A program made the position numbers and the translations under genes. From contig NC_043003.1 in assembly GCF_006345805.1 (NCBI RefSeq), positions 91,760,001-91,824,000 on the forward strand: 64,000 nucleotides of DNA, read 5' to 3'. The stretch's first letter is position 1, and each line of letters begins with the position of its first letter. The notes beneath the pieces are model-generated. The model was not told the DNA's origin, searched no databases, and saw only the letters and a list, made by a program, of their open reading frames with translations. Source of the DNA: Octopus sinensis (taxonomy: Eukaryota). Positions 38,686 through 51,763 of the stretch are shown here, piece by piece.

Positions 38686-39263
38686 AAATCAAAATCAAAA
38701 TCAAATTCGATGACTAGCGGGGTTCAAAGAGCACCATACGAGTGTGATTGTTGACAGAGTGGCCAACTGGCTTCCGTGCCAGTGGCACATAAAAGGCACC
38801 ATTCGAGTGTGATCGTTGCCAGAGTTGGTTTACTGGCACTTGTGCCTGTGCTAGTAGGGTGCCAAGATCACCATCCTAGCATGATCGTTGCCAGAGAGCA
38901 CCATCCGAGCATGATCATTGCCAGAGTGGCTAACTGGTTTCCGTGCCGGTGACACATAAAAGGGCACCTTTCGAGCGTGATTGTTACCAGCATCACCTTA
39001 CTGGCACCTGTGCTGGTGGCATGTCTAAAAAGATTCAAGCAAGGTTATTGCCAGTACCGCCTGACTGGCCCCCATGCTGTGGCATGTAAAAAGCACCCAC
39101 TACACTCTCAGAGTGGTTGGCGTTAGGAAGGGCATCCAGCTGTAGAAACTCTGCCAGATCAAGATTGGAGTCTGGTGCAGCCATCTGGTTCGCCAGCCCT
39201 CAGTCAAAATCGTCCAACTCATACTAGCATGGAAAGCGGATGATAAACAATGATGATGATGAT
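38686..39263 (+). mobile_element. RTE LINE 3' UTR only
   Basis: Same architecture as 2000-2428: AAATC repeats, a TAAAAAGCACC repeat array, GAGTGGTTGGCGTTAGGAAGGGCATCCAGC and a GAT tail. Confidence 0.85.
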
Positions 39264-40539
39264 AAATATTCCTCTGATCCACATTTTCAAATTTAATACA
39301 GGAATAATTTATGTTTAATTATTCTGTTCTGGGTAGAAGAGCTGGTGAACTGGCAGAATTTTTAATGTGTTGGACAAAGTGCTTTGCAGTATTTCTTTTG
39401 AAAAGAAAAAAAACGATAAATTTAGTAACATAACAATGTCCTTATTACCCTGATGTATGGGACATAAATTAATTTAGATAACTTTAAGCAGGAAATTTAT
39501 GTCACAGAATCAGATGCAGTCATCGGCAGGTTGACATGAAAAGTTTAAACAGCAGGAACAGTAAAAGACAATAAAAAGTCGATTTTGGCAGCTTGTGAAC
39601 ATTAAACATGTAAATATCAGCAATGATGCCAATTTTTAGTTCACTCTTTTTTTTTTTTTTGTTTTGATAGAACTAATTTTTTTTTTTGTTAGTCTCCTTG
39701 AAATATTCCTTTGCATTGAGATAATTGATTAGGATTTAGAATTTATGTGGGTGGTTCCATCATCCCCTCCTCCTCACCAGTAAATATTATGTTTATGCTT
39801 GTCAGGTAACAGAAATTTTACTTAGATTTTCTTATTTTTCTGCGGTACTGTTTGTTCATTGGATGAAATTGTTATCACCTCTCACTTGCAAAGATTTCTT
39901 CATGTTTTGGGGAAACAATTATTCAAACATTGCTTTTAGCCACTGATGTCTTAACTCTATTAAATGAAGATCTATTGTGAATTCATAAATGTTATTGTTG
40001 GAAATGTGACAGGCGTATTTCAGGACCCCAGTATTTGGTGATAAAACAGCACTCTATTCAGTAATAATCCGTATTTTCCTGAAAATGCCATGTGGGTTAG
40101 CACACTCACACATGATGTATGTACACAAATATATTTTAGGTTAGATCTAAAGCTTCTATTGTCACCACAACGATCAGTGGCTCCTCATCTAACTGTTCCA
40201 TTTATGACTGTGTGTGTTTATGTCTCCTTGTTTTGTCATCAAGTGTCAATGTTGTACAAGCAACATCATTTGTTTCCTGTCTTCAATGAAAATATGTGGT
40301 CATAGAAAAATATTGACTTGCTTGGAAACAAGTGAAGGCTGATGAAAGAAAGGGATCTAGGTGTAGAAAATCTTACCGCAATGATTTCTGTCTGACCCAT
40401 GCAGGTATTGAAAAGTGGGTATTGAAATGTTGTTGTCTTTTCTCTTAGATACTACAAAGGCATTGCTAGATCTATGTCATCTTCACTAAATATATCTGAC
40501 CCAACTTACTGTGGCTTCCTCCGACTATTAGCTATTTAA

Positions 40540-40761
40540 CCCTTTAGTATTTTAAATCAACTGTGTCCAGCCAAAATATTCTACTTGTTTTATGTTCAAA
40601 CTCACTAGATTTGGTGTCTCATACCTACCCTACAATGTCATTCTAAAAATAAACAATCATATTATCATTGAAACCTTGAAGTTATAAGGTAGTGTATGAT
40701 TAATTCAAAGCAATATGAATACATGAGCATCACATTTGACAGTAATCTGAATGCTAAATGG
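40540..40761 (+). mobile_element. piggyBac-like MITE, family M1
   Basis: TTAA-CCCTTTAGTATT...AATGCTAAATGG-TTAA. Confidence 0.8.
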
Positions 40762-43700
40762 TTAAATCCAGCTATCTACACTTCTTCATCCCCATTCACT
40801 CATATCAAAACAATTTAAACTGAAAATTACTTTCATCAGCATCAATGTTAGCTCTATCTTCTCTTTCATACCATTACTGTTCTTTATTGTCTTTTCATTG
40901 CAACACTATTGCACCAAGTGGTTTAACCATTAAACTCTTTATACACTTAAACATTCATTACGTGTTGACAGAATGTTACCTACTTCCTTTTAAGGCTAAA
41001 GAACTATAATTGAGCACAGCCCACTTCTACACATGTTAGCAAACTATGGTGCTATTATTTCTGATCTTTAGCTCAAGAAAGACATCTTTGATTCGGCTAA
41101 ATAGTTTTCTCTCCAGTTCTTGAAATTGAAAAGCTTTTAGTTGTAAAAATAAATATTTCAGGTTGCTTACTTATTTAATCAGAAATAATCTTCCTTGTTT
41201 GTGAGTTCTATATTTATTTTTGTTTCTTGTTCTTATTTATTTACATATTTTTGTTAATTTCCTAGCATGAAGACAATGTTATTTTAGTCACACAACTTAT
41301 GATACTGGCTGGTTTAGATTTCCTGTCAATTTACTGTAGCACTATATCACTCCGTCATACCATCATCATGCTTGATAATGCCCATCTGTTGCTGAATAGC
41401 TGAAGAGTGTGTCAGCTGATTGTGTGCAGTTCTTATCTGAAGGTACTGTTCAGCTAACTAATTTTGACTCTAAAGTTGCTACATAAGTACCACTAATTCT
41501 GAATCCTGCTGCTAATGCTTGCTTGCTATCTTAAATGTGATGGTAGTTGGTTGGGTTTGGTATACTGTCACACCAGAATATTTTACTCTTCCGAAGTAGC
41601 AGATATTGAATAAAGATATTCTTATATAACTCAGAATTAGATGCAACCATTCAAAATCCTTGAGCTGACGTACCGATAGTTCAAAAGTGGAAAATATTGT
41701 TTTTTCTGTGAGGAGGAGGACAAAAATGTAGCATTTCAGGTGGTACTCTTTGTTGGATAGTGAGTGATCTTCTCTGCTGGTACCAATGAAATGGTTTATT
41801 TATTGTCATCAGAACATATCACACTCTTTGATGAAAATTTATCAACCTAACTTTTACTAACTCAAGACAACATTGTGTGAATAGTAATGATAAGCTTAAA
41901 GATTTTTTTGCTCCTTTTGATACCATCTCATCTGAGCGTACCCCTAATTCTATGAAACAAATTCCCTGTTTTTGAAGTAATTTAAATTTAAACCTTTGAT
42001 GAAACTGTTAAATGTTCCATGTTAATTTTTGTCTTGAACATCAGTTTAATAACAACAAAGTTATTTTATAAATTCATTGTTTTCAAAGTTAATTGAATCA
42101 AATGTTGTGCTTTTCGACAGAAATATGGTAATTTAATGATATAATAAAGAAAGCCATTATACAAATTTCTGCTTTTCATGTTCCTTCACCAGTTTCTTTG
42201 GGTCTTTCTCTTCACTTTAAACAACTTGAATCAATTGTTGTTCAGGTGTTTAAATAATATTTTACTTTAATCAATGAGTATAGTCCAAACATTTCAACTT
42301 CAGACTAAAAGTGCTACAGAATTTATTTTCATCAAATTAAATTTACTTTTTATCAACCTTAGGGGCCAATGAAATACGCTCTGGTAATATGTTTTACCTA
42401 TTCAAGCCAATGAAGGAGCTTCTATGTAGTTAATGAACCTGTTAAAAATGGCAGTTATATCTCCTTCAATTGGCACCCTGCCTGTGTACTGTAACCAGTA
42501 AGCTCATCTTAGTGGGTGGACTGATGAGATAATGTAAGTTTTTGGCCCAATGTACTTGGGAAAAGGTGAGGTAGTCATGTTTTCGATCATAGGCTTGCTA
42601 CATCAGGTTATACTTGGGAGCTAAACAACAACAGTTACCAGTTATGTTCTGTTTCCACTACAAAATATTTGATTTCTTTTTGTCCAACCAGATACTGATA
42701 TTGATTATTGATTTTATCAAATCTACCATATCTTCAAAAAAAAAAAAAACACAAAAATTTGCTTTCCTCCTTATCTGAAGGAATCAGTAAATTTTCCCCC
42801 ATGTGTGAAGATTTGCAAATGTCTTACTTGAGTTGCATGCTAAGGCTTGTGGTTAAGAAGTTCATTTTGCAGTCATGTGGTTCCTAAAACCGCTCTATAA
42901 GTGAAATTTGATAGACAGCACCTTTGCATATCATGGTTTAGTACACTCAAGGGAAACAGAAGAACCATTTCATATCCAAACTCAGAACTATACCATTGAC
43001 AAGTTTAAATGAATGGTTTTCTTTCTACTCCTTCACCTCTTCTTAGATATATAATCCTATTTTTATCTGTCTGCTCCTTCTCACCTTAATTACTCCTTCT
43101 ATCCTTGCTTGCTTCTCTTCCTTAATTTGTTCATCTTTCCTTCTATCTCTTCCACATAGTTTTCTCTCCCTTACTACTTCCTGTTTATCTATGCAAGCTC
43201 AAGCTGTCTTGCGTTCTTCATTAGATACAGCCAATTTCTGAAATAAAACTCTATTGTCTTTCCCGTTTCACTCCTATACTTCCAATTCCTCATCCAATCT
43301 TGTCTCCTTGGATTCTATTTCGTTTGATATGTAAAGTTTATATGTCTACTACTAACAATTCTGTATTTAGCATGTGTTGAGGGCTAAAATATACATATTT
43401 AGTTACACTTCATCTGCACACAAATTTCAGTACTTTACTTAAATAATATGCATGCAAGTATAATGGCCTAATAACTGCATAGTTATGTCCCTTTACATTA
43501 GCCTTAGAAGAATTATTCCAGCATGGCCACAACCCAATAATTGAAACCAGTAAAAGGCTAAAATAACAAAACTGATGCTACTTATAAGTGATTCAGCAAA
43601 TGTTATATGCCAGGTGTGATCTAGTTGTAACTCCAAGTTTACTTTTCCTTTTAGCTGTGTATCCTTTTTTGAACATATCTTCTCTAGGCAAGGTATACCA

Positions 43701-45535
43701 GATTGGTTTCCTGTTGCCTCCAACCAGGCATAAAGTTTATAATTTCTAAAATAAAAGTCATGGAAGCTCTGATTCTTATATTCTTCTCATGGTAATTAGC
43801 AGTGGGGGATAACATTTATTGCAGCTAAAAATAGAAACCAGGTTACAAACTTGGTTTTCAGTTGGCATTTCATTTCTTCTGTTGCCTAACTGTATGCTTT
43901 TACCTAGCTTTAAGATTGCAAATTTTTTACTGAGTGACCTGTCTTCAGAGATAACTTACTTACATCTAGTAATATGTTGGCCACGAAAGGCTATCAGCCT
44001 TTTGATTTGAATTCATAGCAAACATTCAAATAAGTGTGTGCTTGTCAAGCAAGTGAAAGATTAGCGTCTTGTTATTGATGAGTGCTTTGTGATAATCAGA
44101 AATCAAAGTAATTGAAATGTACTGTAGATGGTAATATTATAAATATGTCTCATATCTAAAGATGAAATTAATAGTCTCAAAGATTGTAATTTTATTAATG
44201 ACTTGTCCCAGACATGTAACATACAGTGCATTCCATCAACTATGTGAGGCAATGAATTATATATATACTGCTATGTTATTTTCAGCAAGTGTCTTAAGTA
44301 ACACAATGTTAATATGGTGACAAGATATAAACTCTTGACTTTTCAAATAGTAGACTAGTGTAAAACTTAGCTCTCTCAATTCATACCAACGTGATTATTT
44401 TCATTGGATTCAAAACCTCTTATATTTAGTTTTACAGCCACTGTTTTCATGCTTACATTGGTAGGGCAGTTGAAGTAAATTGCTTTTCACTAGACTCCCT
44501 TCCTATTGTGAAGTAGGAGTGGAGCCTGGCTTTGTTTAGACAGGCAAAAGAAATAAGCAAAATTTATATAAAGAACAAAATAATACTATCTAACAGCTAT
44601 ATGTTTATAAAAGAGAACAATGTAAAATAGGAAGAAAGAGTATTTATACATTTTAAATAAATATAATTGTCTTAGTTCAGAATTTTAAACCATCAAACTA
44701 TTTATGAAGAATATATTTTAAACCAGCATTTTATTCTTTAGTTATTGCATTGCTTCTAATTCCTGTATTTAGTTTGAGCTAACTTATTTTATAGATATTT
44801 TTAGCTGTTAGAATTCCTTTTGTGTTGGGTCTATGTCAAGGATTCTGTGTCTATGACTAAGATTTTAACAGGGATAATTTGTTTCTATTATTTAAAGTAG
44901 CAGCAAGCTCACTTTCTGATTTAGTGCTGCTGCTATGAGCACAGTTCGCATATTCTGAAGAACCATTTTATGTTTGTGTCTCAGTGAGTTGTAATTTTAT
45001 TTGTCATTCATACTGAACCTCTCTATTCTGTAAATATGCCATTCTCTAAATCCGAGACTTTGTAAAGTTCATTTAGCAAATGTAACCATGATTATTTCTT
45101 CAATACTCAGGATTTTTTGTTTTCATTTTGCTACTAGCTTTAGACTTTAAGTTTTCTCCTAAAGGTTATTCAATAAGACCACCCAAAACAGTTGGAAGGT
45201 TCAAGTTTCACTGAATGCTACAAGCCTGTATTTATATGACACCTACTCATTTCTTTGCTAATTACTGAGAAGAATGAGTAGTAGTAGTTCACTAGAAACT
45301 GTAGATGTGTGTGTGTGTGTGTGAAATGCATGATTATGAATCTCAGAAAGGAAAACAGGTGGAGCAGAAGTTTAATTTGGGTGGTATTCTGAGTAATGGA
45401 TGATGTAAGGTTTAATCTTCAGTCAAGAGAGCCTACAGAGAGTTGAATAATATTCCTTGAGATGTTGTGTAGTATGTTGGATTATAACACAATAAATAGG
45501 GAGAAGAAAGCTTTCATCATGGTAAAACATTTTAG

Positions 45536-45755
45536 CCCTTTAGTATTTAAATCAACTATATCCAGCCAAAATATTCTACAAGTTTTATGTTCAAAATGGC
45601 CAAATCCAGCTTCTTACACTAATGCTACAATATCATTCTCATAATAAATAATCATGCCATTGAGATTTTGAAGCTGTGAGACAGTGTATGATTAATTCAA
45701 AACAATGTGAATAAATAAGCATTACATTTGACAGAATAATCTGAATGCTAAAGAA
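45536..45755 (+). mobile_element. piggyBac-like MITE, family M1
   Basis: Aligns with 40540-40761; TTAG on the left flank and TTAA on the right. Confidence 0.8.
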
Positions 45756-47818
45756 TTAAATCCTGTGTTAGAACAAAACTAATTTTTTTTAGATATATTC
45801 TTTTTGTTATTTGTTTTTAGCATTTTTGGATACTGCATACAAATTATGGGGATTCAGATAGTTTTACTTTCCTTTTGATATAATTATTTGGTTTCCTTCA
45901 TACTAATTAACTGCTGAACCTTTAAATAAATATAACATGTTTTCATTTAGGTAGATTGAAACAAGGCAAAGTGATATGATTTATATGGATGTTTAAACCA
46001 CAAAAATAGTCCAACACATGACCTTGCAGTCAAATCAACGAAATTTTTAATGCATAACACTAAGCTGCAATCTCCATTCCTTTCAATAAATTCCTGAAAT
46101 CACATCTGTTTGACATTCAGGGAGGCCTCTTTACTTGCTTCTATTATTTATTCATATTTGTATTTACCATAAAACACTACAAACCCAATATAGGCAGCAA
46201 ACTAGAATCTCTCATAACCAAACATGGCATGCTATCATGTAGTGATTCTAGACCAGATTCAAGAAATGTCATATCCAGAATGTAGATTGCACCTATTGTT
46301 TACTTCCATTCCAATATATTTCAAGAGAACAATCTAGGTAATACTTTCCTGGTGCTTAATTTGTAGGTTGATATCTCACAATAAACATTGCATCATGACT
46401 CGGACAAGACACTCAGTTCTATCTTCCTTTCTGGAAGTTGATTTTCTTATTTCAGCTATTTTAATAAAAAGTGAAATCCTCTCCTCAAAGACATCTCTGT
46501 TCTTTTACTATCTAATAGTCATCACTACTATTGCTATGGCCACCACCATCATCATTCCATCACCACTTTAAAGTTTACTCTTTTTAGAAAATTATCTTAG
46601 GGACTATCAATTCAGTCTTTTTTTTTTTGTCATCTAGGGTGTTATACCACTCTAGTTTATCACAGCAAACCAGCAGGCATTTTATGTTTCACAGACATTT
46701 CCCATATTTATTTTTGAAAGGAGATCTCTGTTCCATCAATTATTAAGAAAGATTATCAGCAAGAAGAGTAGTTTCAATAAATGGATGAACATCTCTTGTT
46801 CGGGTCAGTTAAAAGTTAATATTTAGGAAAGCTTCCATGCAAATGTTGACTTCTATCTAGGCAACAGGCTGTTGCAATTTTATTTGGATGATAAATGAGG
46901 TGAAAGCCAAGAATATCTGCTGGTTGTTTCAGCCTTTTGGTTTCTCCCAAGTGATTATGATAAAGAGTGGAATTCCTGTTTTGGAATTGTGTGTTTTTCA
47001 GAATCAGAGTAGAAGGAAGTATTTGAATGTAGGTATTACTAGGAAAAAAACAAACAAACAAAACCAACAAAAAAGACAAAGCAAGTGATATAAAGATTAA
47101 AAAAAAACGTGTGTGTATATTTGTGTGTACAGGGATTTTCTATGTGTCTGTACAAGAGTATGGTGCTGTGCATACATATGTTTAATACAGTTTGCAGTAT
47201 AAAGTATACACTTTCACTACAGTTCGTGTGTGTATCTTAGTTTTAGGAAGTAAGACAGCATAATGGTTTCTCTGCGCGCACACATGTATGTGGGCACAAA
47301 CACACATGTGTATGCACGCGTATGTGTGTGTACATGCACATGTGTATCTGTGTGGAGGGTAGGTGTGTGTTTATTCCTGATTATTTACATAAGTCTCTCA
47401 AACAAATAGACAACTGTGAAGAAATAACAATGTCAAACTCCTATTTTGGTCTGCCATAATGTCTTCCATAACTTAACTGCAATCTTTTTTTTTTATATTA
47501 GCTTTTATTTCATTATAGTTCTTTTGTTTGTTTGTTTTTAGCATTTATCTTGAAATACATAACATTATTTATTTATTTATTCATTTAGCACAGTCTTTTA
47601 GTTAATGAAAAGTATTCCCAATCTAATACTAGTATTAATGAATACAGAATTAATATTTAAATATCTAATTGCTGTGTAAAGAAAGGAATGAGTCATTATT
47701 AATTATAATAGCTTTATTAATGGTAGAAGTGAACTGATGAGAGAATAAGGGATGGATTTTAAGGTTTTAATTCAAAATCCACCACAGGCATAGTTTCAGT
47801 ATATTATTTATTTAGATA

Positions 47819-48396
47819 GGTGGGTGACAAGCTGGCAGAATGGTTAGGACATTGGACAAAATACCATGTGGTGTCTCTTCCTGTGCTTTATGTTTCAGAA
47901 GGTCAACTTTGCCTTTATCTCTGTGTGGTTGATAAAATAAAGTACCAGTTAAGTGCCAGGGTTGATTGTCCCGGCTTCCCCTTCCCCTCAAAACTGCTGA
48001 CCTTGTGTCTAAATCAGAAACCATTAAAGGCACTGAGTTGGTAGAATTGCTAGTGCATTGAACAAGAAGCTCAGCAGCATTTTTTCTGGATCTTTACGTG
48101 CTGAGTTCAAATTCTGCTAAGGTTGATTGTAGCTTTGATCCATTCAGAGCCTGTAGAATTAGTATTAGTTGAGCACTGGGGTCAATATAATTGACTAACC
48201 TCTTTACCTGAATTTGCAGGCCTTCTACCAAAATGTGAAATTATTATTATTATTATTATGGCAGTAAGCTGGTGGAAGCACTGCTATGCTGGACAAAATG
48301 CTTAACCACATTTCTTCTGACTTTATGTTCTGAGTTGAAATTGACGTACCCCCTCCCCAAAAATTGTTGGCCTTGTGCCGGACTTTGAAATCATCA

Positions 48397-48427
<31 letters not shown>
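47819..48427 (+). mobile_element. Three head-to-tail family A SINE copies
   Basis: Heads at about 47819, 48029 and 48260; (ATT)n tails follow the second and third copies. Confidence 0.75.
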
Positions 48428-48428
<1 letters not shown>

Positions 48429-49394
48429 GTCTATCAGTGTGTATCTCCCTTGTTTATTTGCACTAAAAGTTGTATATGTATGTGTATATGTATGTCCTTA
48501 TAGTTCTCTGCATACATCTGTTTATCTGTTAACCTGTGTATTTATGTGTGTTTGCCAACTTTATATCTCTTGTTTACATCAATGTGACGCTATTTATCTA
48601 TGAAACTGTTTTTATTTATGTATCATTCTGTCTGTTACTTTGTGTGGGTTGCTACGTGTTGCTTGTGTTACTCCCTCCGTGTGTTTACGACAGCTGCTAG
48701 TGTGCAAAAGTGAGTTCTTGAAACTAGGGTTCGATTCAGTTTTTGGTTCCCAGTTGGAGTCACTTTCATTTATATGGTTAATGTCCTTGAGAAAAAAGCA
48801 TTTATATCACGACATTCCATTTTCCTCTCATAAAGACACAGAACATAATTACTCTTCCTCCACACACATTCATCTATGTCTTTGTACACACAGATACACC
48901 TGAATATATTTAGATGAACAAATCTATATAAAGCCTTCATCCCATACTTATGCCATTGTATTATGTAGGCTTCCTACATACATACTCAAATACACTATGT
49001 ATATTGTCACACATGATGGAAACACACACTCACATGCACACACAGTGTATAAAATGCTTTATAGATAGATTAAATTTCTGTATCCCCAGTTCAGCTGCCA
49101 AAAAGCTGTCACTAGTCAATATCTATATCTTTTTAGCTTGTCACTGATAATTCCTTTATACAGGTTTCAACCATTTAGATCTGTTCATGATAACACATAC
49201 ATAATAACGTATAGAAGGCCAAACAAATAAACTCGCGTTAGTACATCTCCACATCATACATTTATAGATGTGCTCACATATGGGAGCAGATATTAAAATA
49301 TAATCTCTCTCTTCATGTATGCACCTATATTTATGTGTGTGTGTGTGTGTATATGTGTGTATAATATATATGTATGCGTGTATACTTATGTGAG

Positions 49395-49685
49395 TATTTC
49401 ACTGTGACCACCACGACCGACCAGGCTATCAGATGTTGCTACATATCGGTGGTCACAATGCGCTTCGCATTGTTTTCGCCTTCAAATGACACCACCCTAC
49501 TGGCTAAGCGAGCAGGCCAACAGCGAGAAAGTTGTGGCGAAAGAGTACAGCAGGGATCGCCACCCCCCCTGCTGGAGCCTTGTGGAACTTTAGGTTTTTT
49601 CGCTCAATAAACACTCACAACGTCCGGTCTGAGAATCAAAACTGCGATCCTACAACCACAAGTCCGCTGCCCTAACCACTGGGCT
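49395..49685 (-). mobile_element. tRNA-derived SINE of another family
   Basis: Reverse complement starts AGCCCAGTGGTTAGGGCAGCGGAC, a tRNA-like A box. Confidence 0.6.
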
Positions 49686-51098
49686 ATATATATATATATA
49701 TAGTCATATTTTGGGTTTTCCCTTTGGCTTTATTATCATTGTTTAGTGTCCTTTATCTTTTGTCACACATCAGAATGGACAGAGTGGACTAAACAGAACA
49801 AGAAGAGACACATAGGATAAAGAGTTGCTAAAGAGGCCACAGGATGTGTAACAAAAGAGCTTACACAAAGGATACAAAGATAATAATTATAAAGCTGAAG
49901 TTGAAGACCAAGTATTATAATGCATGTGTTTAATTGGCAAAAATATGACCATCCTCAAATATAACAATATCTGTTTCAATAGTTCAACACGCGATTTCAC
50001 ATCAAGAATTCTGTAAAACAAATTCATAAACATTTACACACACACACATATATATACGAAAATGGGACAAGAATGCAAAACATCCAGATAATTAGGTGAT
50101 ACAAAAAAAGAGACCACAAAGCATTCAGACAGACGATGCAAAGAAAACAAGGACGGTCATTTGGAGTTTTCTTTCCTCAGTCAAGTTCCAGATTATCTTT
50201 GCAATTTTGGCTGTTTATACTCGAGATTGCTCCAATCTGGCCAGCCTCAAAGAAAAACTAAGCTAGGAGCACTAGATTCCTTGGAAGAAAGCAGCGAATA
50301 TATACGAAAACAAGGATGGAAAAAAACGGAGAAATGGTACACAAATAACAGGACATTAACAACGGGTGTCTTTCAATTAAGAATGAATTAAATTAAGCTG
50401 GTGTGTGTGGAAGTAAAGCCAAAAATTTTGATTGTAATTCAAATTGTTTTTTTGAAGTAAATGAATGCTAAATTTATTTGCATGAATTGCATGTTATATG
50501 AAATGTGTTCCTTCACCAAAACATACATAACATTGATTTGACCTCTCTTTACCTCAATTTAAATTATTGTTATTCACTCTGTCAAGATTATAACATATCT
50601 ACTTGATATACATGCCTTAGATTGACAATGTGCTCTTTTAATAATTGACCGAAGTACAAACAATCTTCTTTTGGTTAATTAAAAGATTTAACCTTTACAT
50701 TTTTATTCAATTCCTAGGCTAGCTAGATTCCTACATGAAGTGCTGCTGAGGTGATTGCCTGGATTTGACTTATTTTGTTAATTATTATTATTGTAATTAT
50801 AATGATAATAATAATATATAATTTTGATATTACAGAACATCACTGCAGGTTAAATATCAATGTAAATACGTTCCTTCTATACGACTGATATGAGGAAAAA
50901 AAGTGGGAAGGAGTCTCCTGATGGACTGTTTCACATTTTGTAAATTACTCTTCAGAGAAAACATACCCAGTTTCCTTCTCAATCAAAAGCATTATCAGCT
51001 ACTTATAAAGCAGTTCTGAATTAGGTTAGCACTCTGATGAGTTGCTTAATTTACATATTTGTGTTTTTGATGGTTCATCATTAATTATACTGTCATGC

Positions 51099-51132
<34 letters not shown>

Positions 51133-51541
51133 CCAAACACATTGGTTTGTGTGTGTGCGTCTATATATAATATGTATATACCTGCCAACACTTCAGTAAA
51201 ATTGAATCTGTAAATTAAGTCATGAATGATAATTTTCCTGTAATTTCCTTTGCTGATGACGTTCATTTGAAATGTCAGGACACATTCCTTATTTTAGTTT
51301 TTCTTTGCCATATGTTTGCAAGGGCTGGCTGAGTCATTGGATAAATAAATAAGAAATATAAAAATAAATCACTGTTTACAAGTGTATTTTTCACAAACGT
51401 TAGATGTTAGATGCTATTTCTGTTTTGTTTTTAATCTACAGGTTTTTATCCATTTTTACTTTTCTGTTCCTACATCTTAACATCAGTATGCTACTCAAGC
51501 ATAGGTTCTTTTTTTAATTTTTTTATTCATTGTTGTATTAA

Positions 51542-51763
51542 CCCTTCAGCTTTTAAACTGGATCATCTCTGGCCAAAATATTCTTCCTGCTTTATATTCC
51601 AACTGGCTTGATCTAGCCTCTTACACTTAACCCTCCAATGTCATTCTATAAATAGACAATCAAATAATTGAAATTTGAAAGCTATGAGATAATGCATGAT
51701 TAATTCAAAACTATGTGATTAATTAAGCATCACATTTGACTGAGTAATCTGGATGCTAAAAGG
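51542..51763 (+). mobile_element. piggyBac-like MITE, family M1
   Basis: TTAA-CCCTTCAGC...GATGCTAAAAGG-TTAA. Confidence 0.8.

Noticed and set aside
44897-44935. TAGCAGCA...TGCTGCTA as a miRNA hairpin
   Set aside because: Only about 38 nt with roughly 13 interrupted pairs; too short for a pre-miRNA.
50150-50195. CTGAGGA...CTCCAAAT on the - strand as a hammerhead core
   Set aside because: The GAAA element is missing and the stems cannot be assigned.
51247-51282. CTGATGA-CGTTCATTT-GAAA-TGTC as a hammerhead
   Set aside because: Stems I, II and III do not pair convincingly; compatible with chance.
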